Shown here: positions 54,438 to 64,000 of the stretch, in pieces
How positions within the stretch are numbered: the stretch's first letter is position 1
How the letters are laid out: every line of letters begins with the position of its first letter
Assembly: GCA_001799565.1 (NCBI GenBank)
Contig: MGTS01000042.1
Span: 1,016-65,015, forward strand
Source of the DNA: Elusimicrobia bacterium GWA2_51_34
GTDB lineage: Bacteria > Elusimicrobiota > Elusimicrobia > Elusimicrobiales > UBA9959
Direction of reading: 5' to 3'
Length of the DNA stretch: 64,000 bases
The notes under the pieces: generated by a model
Told to the model about the DNA's origin: nothing
Seen by the model: the letters and a program-made list of their open reading frames with translations, nothing else
Database searches by the model: none
Program-made: the position numbers and the translations under genes

Positions 54438-55472
54438 ATGGAAAACAAAATACGAATTACCTTTGGCATAATAGTGTTGAATGGTGAGCCCTTCACACGT
54501 TATAATTTGCGAGCACTTTACCCTTTTGCACATCAGATTATCGTTGTGGAAGGGGCATGTCGTGCCGCAGAACAGGTCTCTAGCCCGAATGGACATTCAA
54601 AAGATGGCACCCTAGAGACTTTGCGCCGTTTCAAGCAGGAAGAAGACCCAGATAGGAAGATTACAATTGTCACTGCAGAGGAAGAGGGGCATCCTGATGG
54701 CTTTTGGCCGGGAGAAAAGAATGAAATGTCCCAGGCATACGCAAAACGTGCCACCGGTAACTGGCTTTGGCAGGTGGATGTGGATGAGTTCTACCAGCCT
54801 GAAGATATAGCAGTAGTTGTCGGAATGCTGAAAGCAAACCCTTGTATCAGAAAAGTTTGCTTTCGCGTTTTAACTTTCTGGGGCGGCCCTGACTATGTAG
54901 TAGACGGAGTATACTTGCAGCGCGGAGGCCACAATTTCCATCGTCTTTTCGCTTGGGATGAAGGCTATCGATATACTACCCATCGGCCTCCAACGGTTGT
55001 TGATAAAGAGGGCAAGGACCTCTGTAATATCAAGGCTGTTAGTGCCAGTGAACTGGCAGGGAATGGCGTATTTATGTATCATTATGAACTTCTTTTCCCC
55101 AAACAGGTTCAGGAAAAATGTTCTTATTACGCCAAGCAGTCGCCTGAATTAAAACAGCTGAATAACTGGGCGAAGGATTGTTATTTTAAGCTTCAGCATC
55201 CTTACCGTGTTCACATGGTTTACCACTATCCAAGCTGGCTTGAGCGATACCGTGGGGCCTCCCCACCTGCTGCGCTGCAGATGATGGAGGCCATTAAGCT
55301 TGGGAAGCACCCTGGCGTTGAGTTGCGTCAAACAGAGGACGTTAACAAATTACTGAAATCTCCATTATATATATCTGGGCGCAGTTTTTTAAAAATTGTC
55401 TCAATACTCTATAGTGCCTATTTTCATGCCCGCGTATCTCTGGGCAGATGGAAACGGTGCTGTTTCGACTGA
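54438..55472 (+). CDS. Glycosyltransferase, GT2-like
   Basis: The N-terminal ITFGIIVLNGEPF...IIVVEGA and QVDVDEF (DxD-like) resemble GT-A fold enzymes. Confidence 0.5.
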   Translation: MENKIRITFGIIVLNGEPFTRYNLRALYPFAHQIIVVEGACRAAEQVSSPNGHSKDGTLETLRRFKQEEDPDRKITIVTAEEEGHPDGFWPGEKNEMSQAYAKRATGNWLWQVDVDEFYQPEDIAVVVGMLKANPCIRKVCFRVLTFWGGPDYVVDGVYLQRGGHNFHRLFAWDEGYRYTTHRPPTVVDKEGKDLCNIKAVSASELAGNGVFMYHYELLFPKQVQEKCSYYAKQSPELKQLNNWAKDCYFKLQHPYRVHMVYHYPSWLERYRGASPPAALQMMEAIKLGKHPGVELRQTEDVNKLLKSPLYISGRSFLKIVSILYSAYFHARVSLGRWKRCCFD

Positions 55473-55488
55473 ATAGTGGGGTCTGAGT

Positions 55489-56430
55489 ATGCAAATTGTC
55501 TTTATTCACCGGGGGCGTAGCTGGTACCTACCGTATGCCTTATATCAGGCAAAAGCTGCCAGTCCGGGCTCCGATATTATTCTACTTGGTGATGGTTTTA
55601 CGGGCGAAGGCATTCAAGTCCATTCTCTTCAGAACCTCCAGACCCCAAACATACAAAAATTTAAAAAACACTATATTCATATGTCATCAAATACTGTGGA
55701 GTTTGAATCATTCTGCTGGTTGAAGTACTTCTATCTACTGGAGTATATGCGTAAAAATCAGGTGAAATTTGTTTTATACCTTGATTCTGATGTTTTGCTA
55801 TATAGTTCGATTGAAGAGATAAAAAAAGCTTACCCTGAAACATTCTGGAGCAGCGGTTGTGGCGTATCAATGCCGAAACAAGATTTTGAGTCATTTACAT
55901 GGTGCGCATCCGGTCATATCAGCTATTGGACTTATGAATTACTGGAAGAATTTTGTGAATTCATTCTAAATAGTTTCATTGACAACAAATACCTAGGATT
56001 ATACAGAGGAAAGTTTAACTGGCATTTAGCCAAGAAGAAACCCGGTGGGATATGCGATATGACGACAATTTATCTTTTCTGGAATGAAAATAAAGATCGA
56101 GTCCAGAATATGTTAATTAATCACAACGGGAATGTGTTCGACGATAATATTAACACAGCGACAAATTATTACAAAAATGAGTTCGTTTTCGATTCAGGCA
56201 CTAAAAAAGTAAAATTTATTGACGGACATCCACACTTTCTTTCAGCAGATGGGACAAACACCTCGGTTCGGGCCCATGCTTTACATTTCCAAGGTGTCGG
56301 AAAAAAATACATGCCAGATTTGTATACAGGAAGACCGTTAAGAGGGATAACATCTAATAACATTCTGAGCGCTTTGCGCGCAATTAAACGAATAGCGAGA
56401 AATAGACTAAATAGATACTTCGGAATCTAG
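55489..56430 (+). CDS. Hypothetical protein, putative glycosyltransferase (DxD)
   Basis: 313 aa in a glycan locus. YLDSDVLLY is a DxD-like motif. I recognise no family. Confidence 0.3.
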   Translation: MQIVFIHRGRSWYLPYALYQAKAASPGSDIILLGDGFTGEGIQVHSLQNLQTPNIQKFKKHYIHMSSNTVEFESFCWLKYFYLLEYMRKNQVKFVLYLDSDVLLYSSIEEIKKAYPETFWSSGCGVSMPKQDFESFTWCASGHISYWTYELLEEFCEFILNSFIDNKYLGLYRGKFNWHLAKKKPGGICDMTTIYLFWNENKDRVQNMLINHNGNVFDDNINTATNYYKNEFVFDSGTKKVKFIDGHPHFLSADGTNTSVRAHALHFQGVGKKYMPDLYTGRPLRGITSNNILSALRAIKRIARNRLNRYFGI

Positions 56431-56442
56431 ACGATTGTTGTA

Positions 56443-57150
56443 ATGCTAAAAGATATCAAGCGATTAATCCAGAAGCAGTCTTTTGCCCCAGGTTTCCTGG
56501 GTCTCTTCGTCAATCCTTTTTATTTTGCCAGAAAAGGACTACATCAACATATAACTGCATATGCTCCATTGCTGCGTGGCAGGCTGTTGGATGTGGGCTG
56601 CGGTTCCAAGCCATATCTGAAATACTTTAAGGTTTCAGAGTATGTCGGACTGGAAATAGAAGGGCGGAATAAACTCGCGGAGAAGCACTACAATGGGAAG
56701 GATTTCCCGTTTGGAGATGGAGAATTTGATTCTGTACTTGTGAGCCAGGTTCTGGAGCACGTTTTTAATCCGCAGGAATTCCTCGCGGAAGTTAACAGGG
56801 CACTAAAAGGCGGTGGATTGCTATTGCTTACAGTCCCTTTTATCTGGGATGAGCATGAACAACCGTTTGATTGCGCACGATATACAACTTTTGGACTGCG
56901 TCACCTCCTTGAGAAACAGGGGTTTGAGATCGTTGATTTTAAAAAAAGCATGGCTGATATAAGAGTTATTTTTCAGATGGTTAATTCCTATATCTACAAA
57001 AAAACACATACTGATAATACGGCATTAAATTTATTGTTCACTTTAGTTGTGATAGCGCCCGTTAATTTATTGGGAGAGTTTTCTGCCTGTATCTTGCCAG
57101 GGAATGATGATCTTTATCTTGACAACATCGTGCTTGCACGCAAAAAATAG
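56443..57150 (+). CDS. Class I SAM-dependent methyltransferase (Methyltransf_11-like)
   Basis: LLDVGCGSKPY (motif I), FDSVLVSQVLEHV and GGLLLLTVP. Confidence 0.8.
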   Translation: MLKDIKRLIQKQSFAPGFLGLFVNPFYFARKGLHQHITAYAPLLRGRLLDVGCGSKPYLKYFKVSEYVGLEIEGRNKLAEKHYNGKDFPFGDGEFDSVLVSQVLEHVFNPQEFLAEVNRALKGGGLLLLTVPFIWDEHEQPFDCARYTTFGLRHLLEKQGFEIVDFKKSMADIRVIFQMVNSYIYKKTHTDNTALNLLFTLVVIAPVNLLGEFSACILPGNDDLYLDNIVLARKK

Positions 57151-57156
57151 ATTATT

Positions 57157-58116
57157 ATGCAACATTACTGCACTTATTTCGATATAAATTATATTTACAA
57201 GGGGCTTGCGTTGTATAGATCTCTAGAGCGCTATAGCGGTCAATTCACTCTATGGATCTTATGTTTCGATAGTAAAACTTACCAGATCCTGGCAGCGTTA
57301 AATCTAGTTAATGCGAGATTGATCAGCCGCGAGGAATTCGATGGCAAAGATAGCGAATTAATCGCCGCGCAGAAGGACCGCACTTTGATCGAATACTACT
57401 GGACATGTACGTCCAGTTTGCCGCTATATATTTTTAAGAAGCATTCGGAAATAGAATCTCTTTGTTATCTGGACGCCGATATCTTTTTCTTTTCAGATCC
57501 TCGCCCCATATTCGACGCGTTAGGCCAGGAAAGCATTTTTATAGTGCCGCACGATTATGATGAGAAGATATTTACTAGATCCCGCCCTGCGGGCCTTTTT
57601 AATGTGGGGGTTGTAGTGTTCCGGCATAATGAGACCGGCTTGCAGTGCCTCCGGAGATGGCGAACACAGTGCCTGGGCTGGTGCAAACATGAAAGTGAAG
57701 ATGGTAAATTTGGTGATCAGGGATATCTAAATGACTGGCCTGACCAATTTCGGGGAGTGGTTGTTTCTACTCATCCTGGCATACATGCCGGCCCTTGGAA
57801 TATCGGAAAATACCACTTAGAATTCAATAACGGCAATCATTTACTGCTCGATGGCGAGCGGTTGACATGCTTCCATTTCCATGCGTTAAAAATGATATGT
57901 CGTAATGTCGCGCTTAATCCCGAAGGGCATGTTTTTATGACTAGAAAAATTAGTGAACATATATACCGTCCGTATATCCTTGCCCTTGGAGAGTCATTGA
58001 AACAGTTGCGGATTGCGGGCCATTGTGTCTCGCTTAAATTGGATTTTCCGATTTTCTCGTTTCTTGCCAAGAGGTTTATTCGAGGCACCTGGTCAGCTAA
58101 CGTTATACATGTGTAA
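57157..58116 (+). CDS. Putative nucleotide-diphospho-sugar transferase (GT8-like)
   Basis: YLDADIFFFSDP (DxD), and the N-terminal HYCTYFDINYIYKGLALYRSL resembles GT-A family members. Confidence 0.45.
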   Translation: MQHYCTYFDINYIYKGLALYRSLERYSGQFTLWILCFDSKTYQILAALNLVNARLISREEFDGKDSELIAAQKDRTLIEYYWTCTSSLPLYIFKKHSEIESLCYLDADIFFFSDPRPIFDALGQESIFIVPHDYDEKIFTRSRPAGLFNVGVVVFRHNETGLQCLRRWRTQCLGWCKHESEDGKFGDQGYLNDWPDQFRGVVVSTHPGIHAGPWNIGKYHLEFNNGNHLLLDGERLTCFHFHALKMICRNVALNPEGHVFMTRKISEHIYRPYILALGESLKQLRIAGHCVSLKLDFPIFSFLAKRFIRGTWSANVIHV

Positions 58117-58179
58117 ATTATTGACTGCCCTAGAGACAGACTGCTTGCTTCAGGCGGATGGATTGTTTGTGCGTAAATC

Positions 58180-59118
58180 ATGATAACATTCCTTTCAAGT
58201 CCTAAAGCCTTTTCAGAACATACCGGAAAAATTCAGCGGAATGCAATCCGCAGCTGGCTGGCAGTGCACCCGGATACGGAAGTGATTATCTATGGTAATA
58301 GCGAAGGGACGGCGGATGTTTGCCGCGAAATGGGTGTGCACCATGTGCCTGACATCTCATACAGCCCTTCCGGGGTGCCCTATTTCAACAGCATTGTGGA
58401 ACATGCTCGTATTTATGCCCGGCATAATGTCCAGTGCTACCTCAATTGCGATATCCTGATGACGGAGGCGATACTTAAAGCGATAAAACCGCTTGAGTTT
58501 CCCCGTTATCTTATTATCGGGCAAAGAATAGATCTATCTGAGGGCGTGGATTTAGATGTAACAGCCGGAAATTGGAAGGAAGAATTGCGAAGACTCGTAG
58601 AACAGGGAAAGGCAAATATGCATGCGCCCTCAGGAATGGACTACTTCATCTTCCCCAGGGGGGTGTGGGAAGGCCTTCCGCCACTGGTAATAGGGCGTGG
58701 CGGGTATGACAGTGCTTTGCCCGCATTCTGTTTTCGCAATAAAATCCCTTTGATCAACGGAACACTCGCAATTATAGCGATACATCAGTTCCATGATTAC
58801 GGACATTTACTCGGTGGTGTAAAAGAGGTTTTATATTGTACAGACGCTCAGAATAACCGGCGATTACATAATGTCTATTACAGTGTATCGAATTCGGTCG
58901 ATGCGCAGTGGTTGCTGGTAAATGGCGCATCAATTCTGAATTCCATACAAAAAGATCGGCTGCGACGCATTGAGCTAAAACTGCGATTTGATATGGAATA
59001 TGAGTTCTTATCCAAGGTTGTCAGGCTGATATGGAGAATAGCCAAGGCTACTAAAATAATCAGACCGAAATGGTTTACAATTAAAGATATCCTCAATTTG
59101 CTCGAACCAGGCAGATAA
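58180..59118 (+). CDS. Hypothetical protein, possible GT-A-like glycosyltransferase
   Basis: 312 aa in a glycan locus. It has an N-terminal MITFLSSPKAF...QRNAIRSW pattern and YLNCDILM. Weak. Confidence 0.3.
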   Translation: MITFLSSPKAFSEHTGKIQRNAIRSWLAVHPDTEVIIYGNSEGTADVCREMGVHHVPDISYSPSGVPYFNSIVEHARIYARHNVQCYLNCDILMTEAILKAIKPLEFPRYLIIGQRIDLSEGVDLDVTAGNWKEELRRLVEQGKANMHAPSGMDYFIFPRGVWEGLPPLVIGRGGYDSALPAFCFRNKIPLINGTLAIIAIHQFHDYGHLLGGVKEVLYCTDAQNNRRLHNVYYSVSNSVDAQWLLVNGASILNSIQKDRLRRIELKLRFDMEYEFLSKVVRLIWRIAKATKIIRPKWFTIKDILNLLEPGR

Positions 59119-59124
59119 ATATTT

Positions 59125-60021
59125 ATGCAAAGCGCACTGTCTAAGAATAAATACAATTCCACAAAGACATTTGTTTACCCAAGATTGCCTGCTGTATATG
59201 ATTTCGGATTCATTCGTTATAGAGCGCCTCAAGGGCTGGGAAACCTATTGTTTGTCGCCGCCAGGGCCTATCTGATTGCGCAAAGCAATGGATGGAATTA
59301 TATCAATCCAACTTGGGGGAATATAACTTTTGGTACTTATTTAAGAAACGAAAAGGATAAAAGGCATTTCTTCGGTCTTTTTAAAAGTAAGGGCATCTCC
59401 GGTTTTTTAAAACTATTTTATCTACTTTTCTCAAAGGAAATTACTCTGGAATCAGCCATCTCGGGGGCGGAAGGAAAAGTTGTAATAGAAGGACTGGGCA
59501 ATTATTTCGAAGATTTGCTATGCGCACAGGAAACAGTAAAGGAGTTTGTTTACAGTATAATGCGTTCAACAATCCTTTCAAGCTTTGAAAATATTGATTT
59601 TAAGAATGTTATAGGTGTTCATGTAAGATTGGGCGATTACACCATCCTTCAACGCGGAACAAGTGTAAGCTGGTATGCGACAATAGTAAATGAGATCATT
59701 AAAAGACACGGGGGCAAATACAAATTCTTTGTTTTTTCGGATGGAGAAGACCAAGAATTATCAGAACTTTTACTCATGCCGCAAGTTAAAAGAGTTTTCT
59801 TCGGGAATGCTCTTTCAGATTTGATAGCATTGAGTAAATGTAAATTAATCATAGGGTCGGATTCAACATTCTCTGGCTGGAGCGCTTTTTTAGAACAAGT
59901 CCCGGTAATATTCCCGAAAAGGCATTTTAGGAGAGTGCTGGTTGATGCGGAGAAAGAGCTAGTGTTTAACGGCGATTTAGGCCGCCTAGAGGCATTTATA
60001 AATGATCAGAGGATTCTGTAA
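59125..60021 (+). CDS. GT11-like alpha-1,2-fucosyltransferase family protein
   Basis: GVHVRLGDY (GT11 motif I HxRRGDY) and IIGSDSTFSGWSAFL (motif resembling SNSTFSWWAAYL). Confidence 0.6.
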   Translation: MQSALSKNKYNSTKTFVYPRLPAVYDFGFIRYRAPQGLGNLLFVAARAYLIAQSNGWNYINPTWGNITFGTYLRNEKDKRHFFGLFKSKGISGFLKLFYLLFSKEITLESAISGAEGKVVIEGLGNYFEDLLCAQETVKEFVYSIMRSTILSSFENIDFKNVIGVHVRLGDYTILQRGTSVSWYATIVNEIIKRHGGKYKFFVFSDGEDQELSELLLMPQVKRVFFGNALSDLIALSKCKLIIGSDSTFSGWSAFLEQVPVIFPKRHFRRVLVDAEKELVFNGDLGRLEAFINDQRIL

Positions 60022-60055
60022 CTTTTTATATATTATGCTTTGAGATATAAACGAT

Positions 60056-60889
60056 ATGAAACTCAATGTCAGACAATTTATCAACGACTGGGTCCCGCCG
60101 GCTGTTGTCCGCGGAGTTAAATCGCTCAAGGCCATGACACAACCTGCTTCTTTTGAGTTTGCTGGGTTTGAATGGCCCGACAATATGACACTGTCGGGAT
60201 GGCAGGCAAATGGAGTTACAGAGGCAAGAGAGAAAATATGGGGGGCCTTTCTTCAATCAATGGAGGGGCCACATCCTTTCGGCATTAGTGAAGTTGAGTT
60301 TTTATGCTCCGATCATGTAAATATCGATGTCCAAAATTTATATCTATCCTTTGGCTATTGTCTAGGTTTGGCCTGCCAGGGGAAACAAGCATTGACAATG
60401 TTGGACTGGGGCGGGGGCACCGGGAATTATTTCATTATAGGCAAAAAACTGATGCCTATGATAGAGTTTAACTATTCTTCCGCCGATCTCCCTGCAATAT
60501 GTGAAATAGGAAGAAAACTGCTTCCTGATGTAATATTTTATGGGGACAATGGTTGGCATGGAAAATGTTATGACTTTGTGTTTTCAAGCAGTGCGCTTCA
60601 GTACCTTGAAGACTGGCGGCCAACGCTACAGGCTCTTATTCAGTCATCTAACAAGTATCTGTATGTGACCCGAATGCCATTTGTGGCGGGCAAGTCTTTT
60701 GTCATGCTTCAGCGGGTTAAGGAATATGGAACAGATTATTATGGATGGGTGCTTAATCGTCAGGAATTTGTGGGATTTGTTGAGCAAAGAGGCATGAAAT
60801 TAGTCCGGGAATTTGTAAATCATACAGGGCCGGCAATACGGAATGCGCCAGAGCAGAACCTTTATATGGGTTTTCTTTTTGAGAAATAG
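60056..60889 (+). CDS. SAM-dependent methyltransferase (LIC12133/TIGR04325-like)
   Basis: MLDWGGGTGNYF (motif I) and SSSALQYLEDW. The family name is from memory of O-antigen-cluster methyltransferases. Confidence 0.55.
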   Translation: MKLNVRQFINDWVPPAVVRGVKSLKAMTQPASFEFAGFEWPDNMTLSGWQANGVTEAREKIWGAFLQSMEGPHPFGISEVEFLCSDHVNIDVQNLYLSFGYCLGLACQGKQALTMLDWGGGTGNYFIIGKKLMPMIEFNYSSADLPAICEIGRKLLPDVIFYGDNGWHGKCYDFVFSSSALQYLEDWRPTLQALIQSSNKYLYVTRMPFVAGKSFVMLQRVKEYGTDYYGWVLNRQEFVGFVEQRGMKLVREFVNHTGPAIRNAPEQNLYMGFLFEK

Positions 60890-60948
60890 TTTTATTTTCG
60901 CATGGCTTATCCCTTTTTGGCAAGATGCATAGTAAAGGGAATTTAAAT

Positions 60949-61932
60949 ATGGATATAACATATCAGGACAAGCGAGTGCTAATTACCGGTGGTTTGGGTT
61001 TCATTGGATCTAATCTGGCGGCCAGGCTAGTTGGCTTTGGCGCGCGGGTTACAGTTATTGACAGCCTTATCCCGGAATATGGGGGGAATCTGTTTAATAT
61101 TTCAGATATCAAAGATAAAATCACGGTTAGTATCTCGGATGTTCGCGACGAACATAGTATGCGTTCACTTATGCAGGGGCAGGACTATCTTTTTAACCTG
61201 GCCGGGCAAACCAGCCACATAGACTCAATGCAGGACCCTGAGACTGATATGGAAATTAACTGCCATGCACAGCTTGCTATTCTTGAATCTTGTCGAAAAT
61301 ATAACCCGGGTATTAAAATTGTCTTCGCAAGTACGCGGCAGATTTATGGGAAACCCGATTATTTGCCGGTGGATGAAAAGCATTTGTTGCGGCCAACAGA
61401 TGTTAATGGCATAAATAAGATGGCGGGTGAATGGTATCACATTCTTTATAACAATGTGTACGGAATCAGGGCCTGTGCCCTACGGTTGACAAACACCTAT
61501 GGCCCACGTATGCGGATTAAAGATGCCCGTCAGACCTTTTTGGGGATATGGGTTAAGTTGATACTGGAGGCGAAGCCTTTTGAGGTTTGGGACGGAGCGC
61601 AACTGCGTGATTTTACTTATATTGACGACGCTGTTGACGCATTACTTTTAGCAGCGACTAAAGAAACAGCTAATGGCAGAGTGTTTAATTTGGGTGGCTG
61701 TGAAGTGATAAGTCTGCTCGACCTTGCTAATAGACTGGTGGCAGCTAATGCCGGCGGCACATTTCAGGAACGCGAATTCCCTGCCGAACGCAAACGCATT
61801 GACATCGGCAACTATTACGCTGACTACCGTTTAATTCAAACGGAATTGGGCTGGACGCCACAGGTTAACCTTCAAAAAGGGCTGGACGCCACCTTAGACT
61901 ATTACCGGACTAATCTTCAAAAATACCTGTGA
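60949..61932 (+). CDS. NAD-dependent sugar epimerase/dehydratase (extended SDR)
   Basis: VLITGGLGFIGSNL (GxxGxxG) and a catalytic YxxxK in MAGEWYHILY... The ATG at 60949 has an aaaggga RBS. The alternative is 60925. Confidence 0.85.
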   Translation: MDITYQDKRVLITGGLGFIGSNLAARLVGFGARVTVIDSLIPEYGGNLFNISDIKDKITVSISDVRDEHSMRSLMQGQDYLFNLAGQTSHIDSMQDPETDMEINCHAQLAILESCRKYNPGIKIVFASTRQIYGKPDYLPVDEKHLLRPTDVNGINKMAGEWYHILYNNVYGIRACALRLTNTYGPRMRIKDARQTFLGIWVKLILEAKPFEVWDGAQLRDFTYIDDAVDALLLAATKETANGRVFNLGGCEVISLLDLANRLVAANAGGTFQEREFPAERKRIDIGNYYADYRLIQTELGWTPQVNLQKGLDATLDYYRTNLQKYL

Positions 61933-61934
61933 TT

Positions 61935-63074
61935 ATGAAAAGAAGTAATACTATTATTCCCCAAAGCAATCCAAAAGCCGGTTATCTGGCCCACCGCGCG
62001 GAAATTGACAGGGCAATCAAACGCGTAATGGAGTGCGGCTGGTATATTTTAGGCCGCGAAGTTGAGGCTTTTGAAAAGGAGTTCGCCGCCTATTTGGGTG
62101 TTCACCATGCCATCGGAGTCGGCAACGGCACCGACGCGCTGGAACTGGCGCTGCGGGCCTGTGGGGTGGGTTCGGGTGATTTGGTGTTTACGGTCTCCCA
62201 TACGGCCGTGGCCACAATTGCCGCTATCGAGTTGGTCGGGGCAACACCGGTATTTGTGGATATTGATCCAAAAACATATACCATGGACCCAAATAGTCTG
62301 GCTGCTGCGCTTGTCAGGCCTCTTAAGGGATCCCCCAAAGCGGTTATCCCTGTACACCTGTATGGGCAATCGGCTGATATGCCTGTAATTCTTAAACTTG
62401 CCCACCGTTACGGCTTAAAAGTTATTGAGGACTGCGCTCAGTCACATGGAGCTATGCTTAACGGGCGGATGACCGGCACATGGGGTGATATCGCGGCGTT
62501 TAGTTTTTATCCCACCAAAAACCTTGGCGCTTTTGGTGATGGCGGCATGGTGGCAACTAAAGATACTTCACTGGCCGAGCGGGTGCGCTTATTGCAGCAG
62601 TACGGCTGGAGGAAGCGCTACATAAGCGATATCCCGGGTGGAAATTCGCGTCTGGATGAGCTTCAGTCCGCTATTTTGCGGGTTAAATTGAAATACCTCA
62701 ATAAAGAAAATAAAAGGCGCAATAAACTGGCCGCGATATATACCGACACGTTTTCCGGGCATTCACTGGTTTTACCTGCTTCAACAGCCCGCGAGGAACA
62801 TGTCTTTCACCAGTATGTAATAGGCACTGCCTACAGGGATGGATTGAAAGATTACCTTAAGCAAAACGGTATAAATACCCTTATCCATTATCCGGTCCCG
62901 GTTCATCTCCAACCGGCCTATAAAGGCAGAATTAAAGTTGTGTCATCGCTCATATACACAGAAAATGCGGCTAAACGGATCCTGAGCCTTCCTATTTATC
63001 CTGAACTATCAGAAAAAGAAGTCCGGTTCGTGGCGATGAAAGTTCTGGAATGGTTTGTTTTGAAAAAACTTTAA
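61935..63074 (+). CDS. DegT/DnrJ/EryC1/StrS family sugar aminotransferase (second copy)
   Basis: DCAQSHGA...SFYPTKNLGAFGDGG (PLP lysine) and the family-typical GREVEAFEKEFAAYLG. GTG at 61929 or ATG at 61935. Confidence 0.85.
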   Translation: MKRSNTIIPQSNPKAGYLAHRAEIDRAIKRVMECGWYILGREVEAFEKEFAAYLGVHHAIGVGNGTDALELALRACGVGSGDLVFTVSHTAVATIAAIELVGATPVFVDIDPKTYTMDPNSLAAALVRPLKGSPKAVIPVHLYGQSADMPVILKLAHRYGLKVIEDCAQSHGAMLNGRMTGTWGDIAAFSFYPTKNLGAFGDGGMVATKDTSLAERVRLLQQYGWRKRYISDIPGGNSRLDELQSAILRVKLKYLNKENKRRNKLAAIYTDTFSGHSLVLPASTAREEHVFHQYVIGTAYRDGLKDYLKQNGINTLIHYPVPVHLQPAYKGRIKVVSSLIYTENAAKRILSLPIYPELSEKEVRFVAMKVLEWFVLKKL

Positions 63075-63084
63075 CCCCGTCTAT

Positions 63085-63996
63085 ATGATCCCAGTTGTTC
63101 TTTTCGCATATTCCCGGCCTGCTCATTTAAGTCGGGCTCTCAATGCTCTAAAGGCAAATCAGGTCCCGTTAATATATGCTTTTAGCGACGGCCCCCGAAA
63201 ACCTGATAATGCGGGGGCTGTGGCCGAAGTTCGCCGGTTACTGCATGCTGTCGACTGGTGTAGGGTTGTGGTTTGTGAACGTAATACGAATCTCGGCCTG
63301 GGGCGCTCAATTCTTGCCGGGGTGACAGAAATATTAAAAAAGCATTCCGCAGCTATTATCATAGAGGATGATATCGTTTGTGTGCCCGGTTCTTATAACT
63401 ATTTATGCGCCGCATTGGAGCATTATAAGGATGATTCGCGTGTTATGAGCGTGTCTGCCTGGAACCATTCCCTTATTACTCCCGCTGATATTAAGGAGCA
63501 GCCCTATTTTGATGGAAGGCCGGGATGCTGGGGGTGGGGCACATGGGATAGGGCTTGGGAAGGGATGCAAACTGACGCTAAAACATTAATGCAAAACTGC
63601 CTGGAACAGGGTATTGATGTATACAAATATGGAACAGACCTGGTTGAAATGGCTAAGGTTGAGCTTAAATGGAATATCTGGGCGGTCAGGTTTGCATATC
63701 TGCATATCTTAAAAAAAGGCCTTTCTTTACGGCCGCCGTGGGGCATGGCAGAGCAGATTGGCTTTGGTACCGAGGGGAGTAATACCCTGAGTTCCGGGCG
63801 GTGGGTTCCGCAGGCGGCTAAGCCCTGTCCCCCGTTGACTGGGCGCTGGCCCGAACCACTGGAGCACCCGGATTGTGCGTTATTGCATCAGAACACTTCC
63901 GGTAAGCGTCCAGGCCTTGCTATGCGTCAGTATTATTTTCTGCGGAGGATAACCCCGCGCCCGATTTGGAGAATGCTGCAGCGCCTGAAGGCTTAA
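63085..63996 (+). CDS. Putative glycosyltransferase (GT-A, GNT-I/GT2-like)
   Basis: MIPVVLFAYSRPAHLSRAL...IIIEDDIVC (EDD acidic motif). The ORF ends 4 nt before the window edge. Confidence 0.5.
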   Translation: MIPVVLFAYSRPAHLSRALNALKANQVPLIYAFSDGPRKPDNAGAVAEVRRLLHAVDWCRVVVCERNTNLGLGRSILAGVTEILKKHSAAIIIEDDIVCVPGSYNYLCAALEHYKDDSRVMSVSAWNHSLITPADIKEQPYFDGRPGCWGWGTWDRAWEGMQTDAKTLMQNCLEQGIDVYKYGTDLVEMAKVELKWNIWAVRFAYLHILKKGLSLRPPWGMAEQIGFGTEGSNTLSSGRWVPQAAKPCPPLTGRWPEPLEHPDCALLHQNTSGKRPGLAMRQYYFLRRITPRPIWRMLQRLKA

Positions 63997-64000
63997 TTGT

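Overview
This 64-kb window looks like it comes from an uncultivated, probably anaerobic, diderm bacterium. It has a 1197-aa PFOR and several outer-membrane beta-barrels ending in Phe. GC looks mid-50s % by eye, with a clearly AT-richer block at about 44.3-60.9 kb. The first 13.7 kb is ordinary: an aldolase tail, an HI0933/BaiN flavoprotein, a PiT phosphate transporter with its DUF47 partner, PepT, L-2-hydroxyglutarate oxidase, PFOR, a CbpA-like J-protein, a PAS protein and a GAF histidine kinase. At 13.9-14.6 kb a tRNA-Asn(GUU) gene is split in its anticodon loop by a 619-nt group I intron carrying an HNH endonuclease ORF. Secreted hydrolases follow (M14 carboxypeptidase, PAP2 phosphatase, endonuclease I). 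My top candidate for something undescribed comes next, at 18.4-24.8 kb: four tandem, translationally coupled (ATGA) paralogs. Each is a membrane-anchored SGNH/GDSL-like hydrolase with a variable array of about 5-7 TPR-like repeats inserted between catalytic blocks III and V. Two DEAD-box helicase paralogs then flank a GNAT gene, which is bracketed by copies of a ~117-bp palindromic intergenic repeat (four copies in the window). From 33.5 kb to the end lies a >30-kb envelope-polysaccharide locus. It has two FecR-like exported proteins sharing a conserved C-terminal tail, an OM barrel, an LMW-PTP, Wza, a Wzc tyrosine kinase, an ABC exporter and two O-antigen-ligase/polymerase-family proteins. 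It also has a dense low-GC set of sugar-modifying genes: two DegT aminotransferases, WbqC, a B12-radical SAM, a PurN-like formyltransferase, two beta-propeller paralogs, five methyltransferases and several glycosyltransferases. A two-gene nucleotidyltransferase module sits between wza and wzc. All family assignments come from reading motifs, not from searches.
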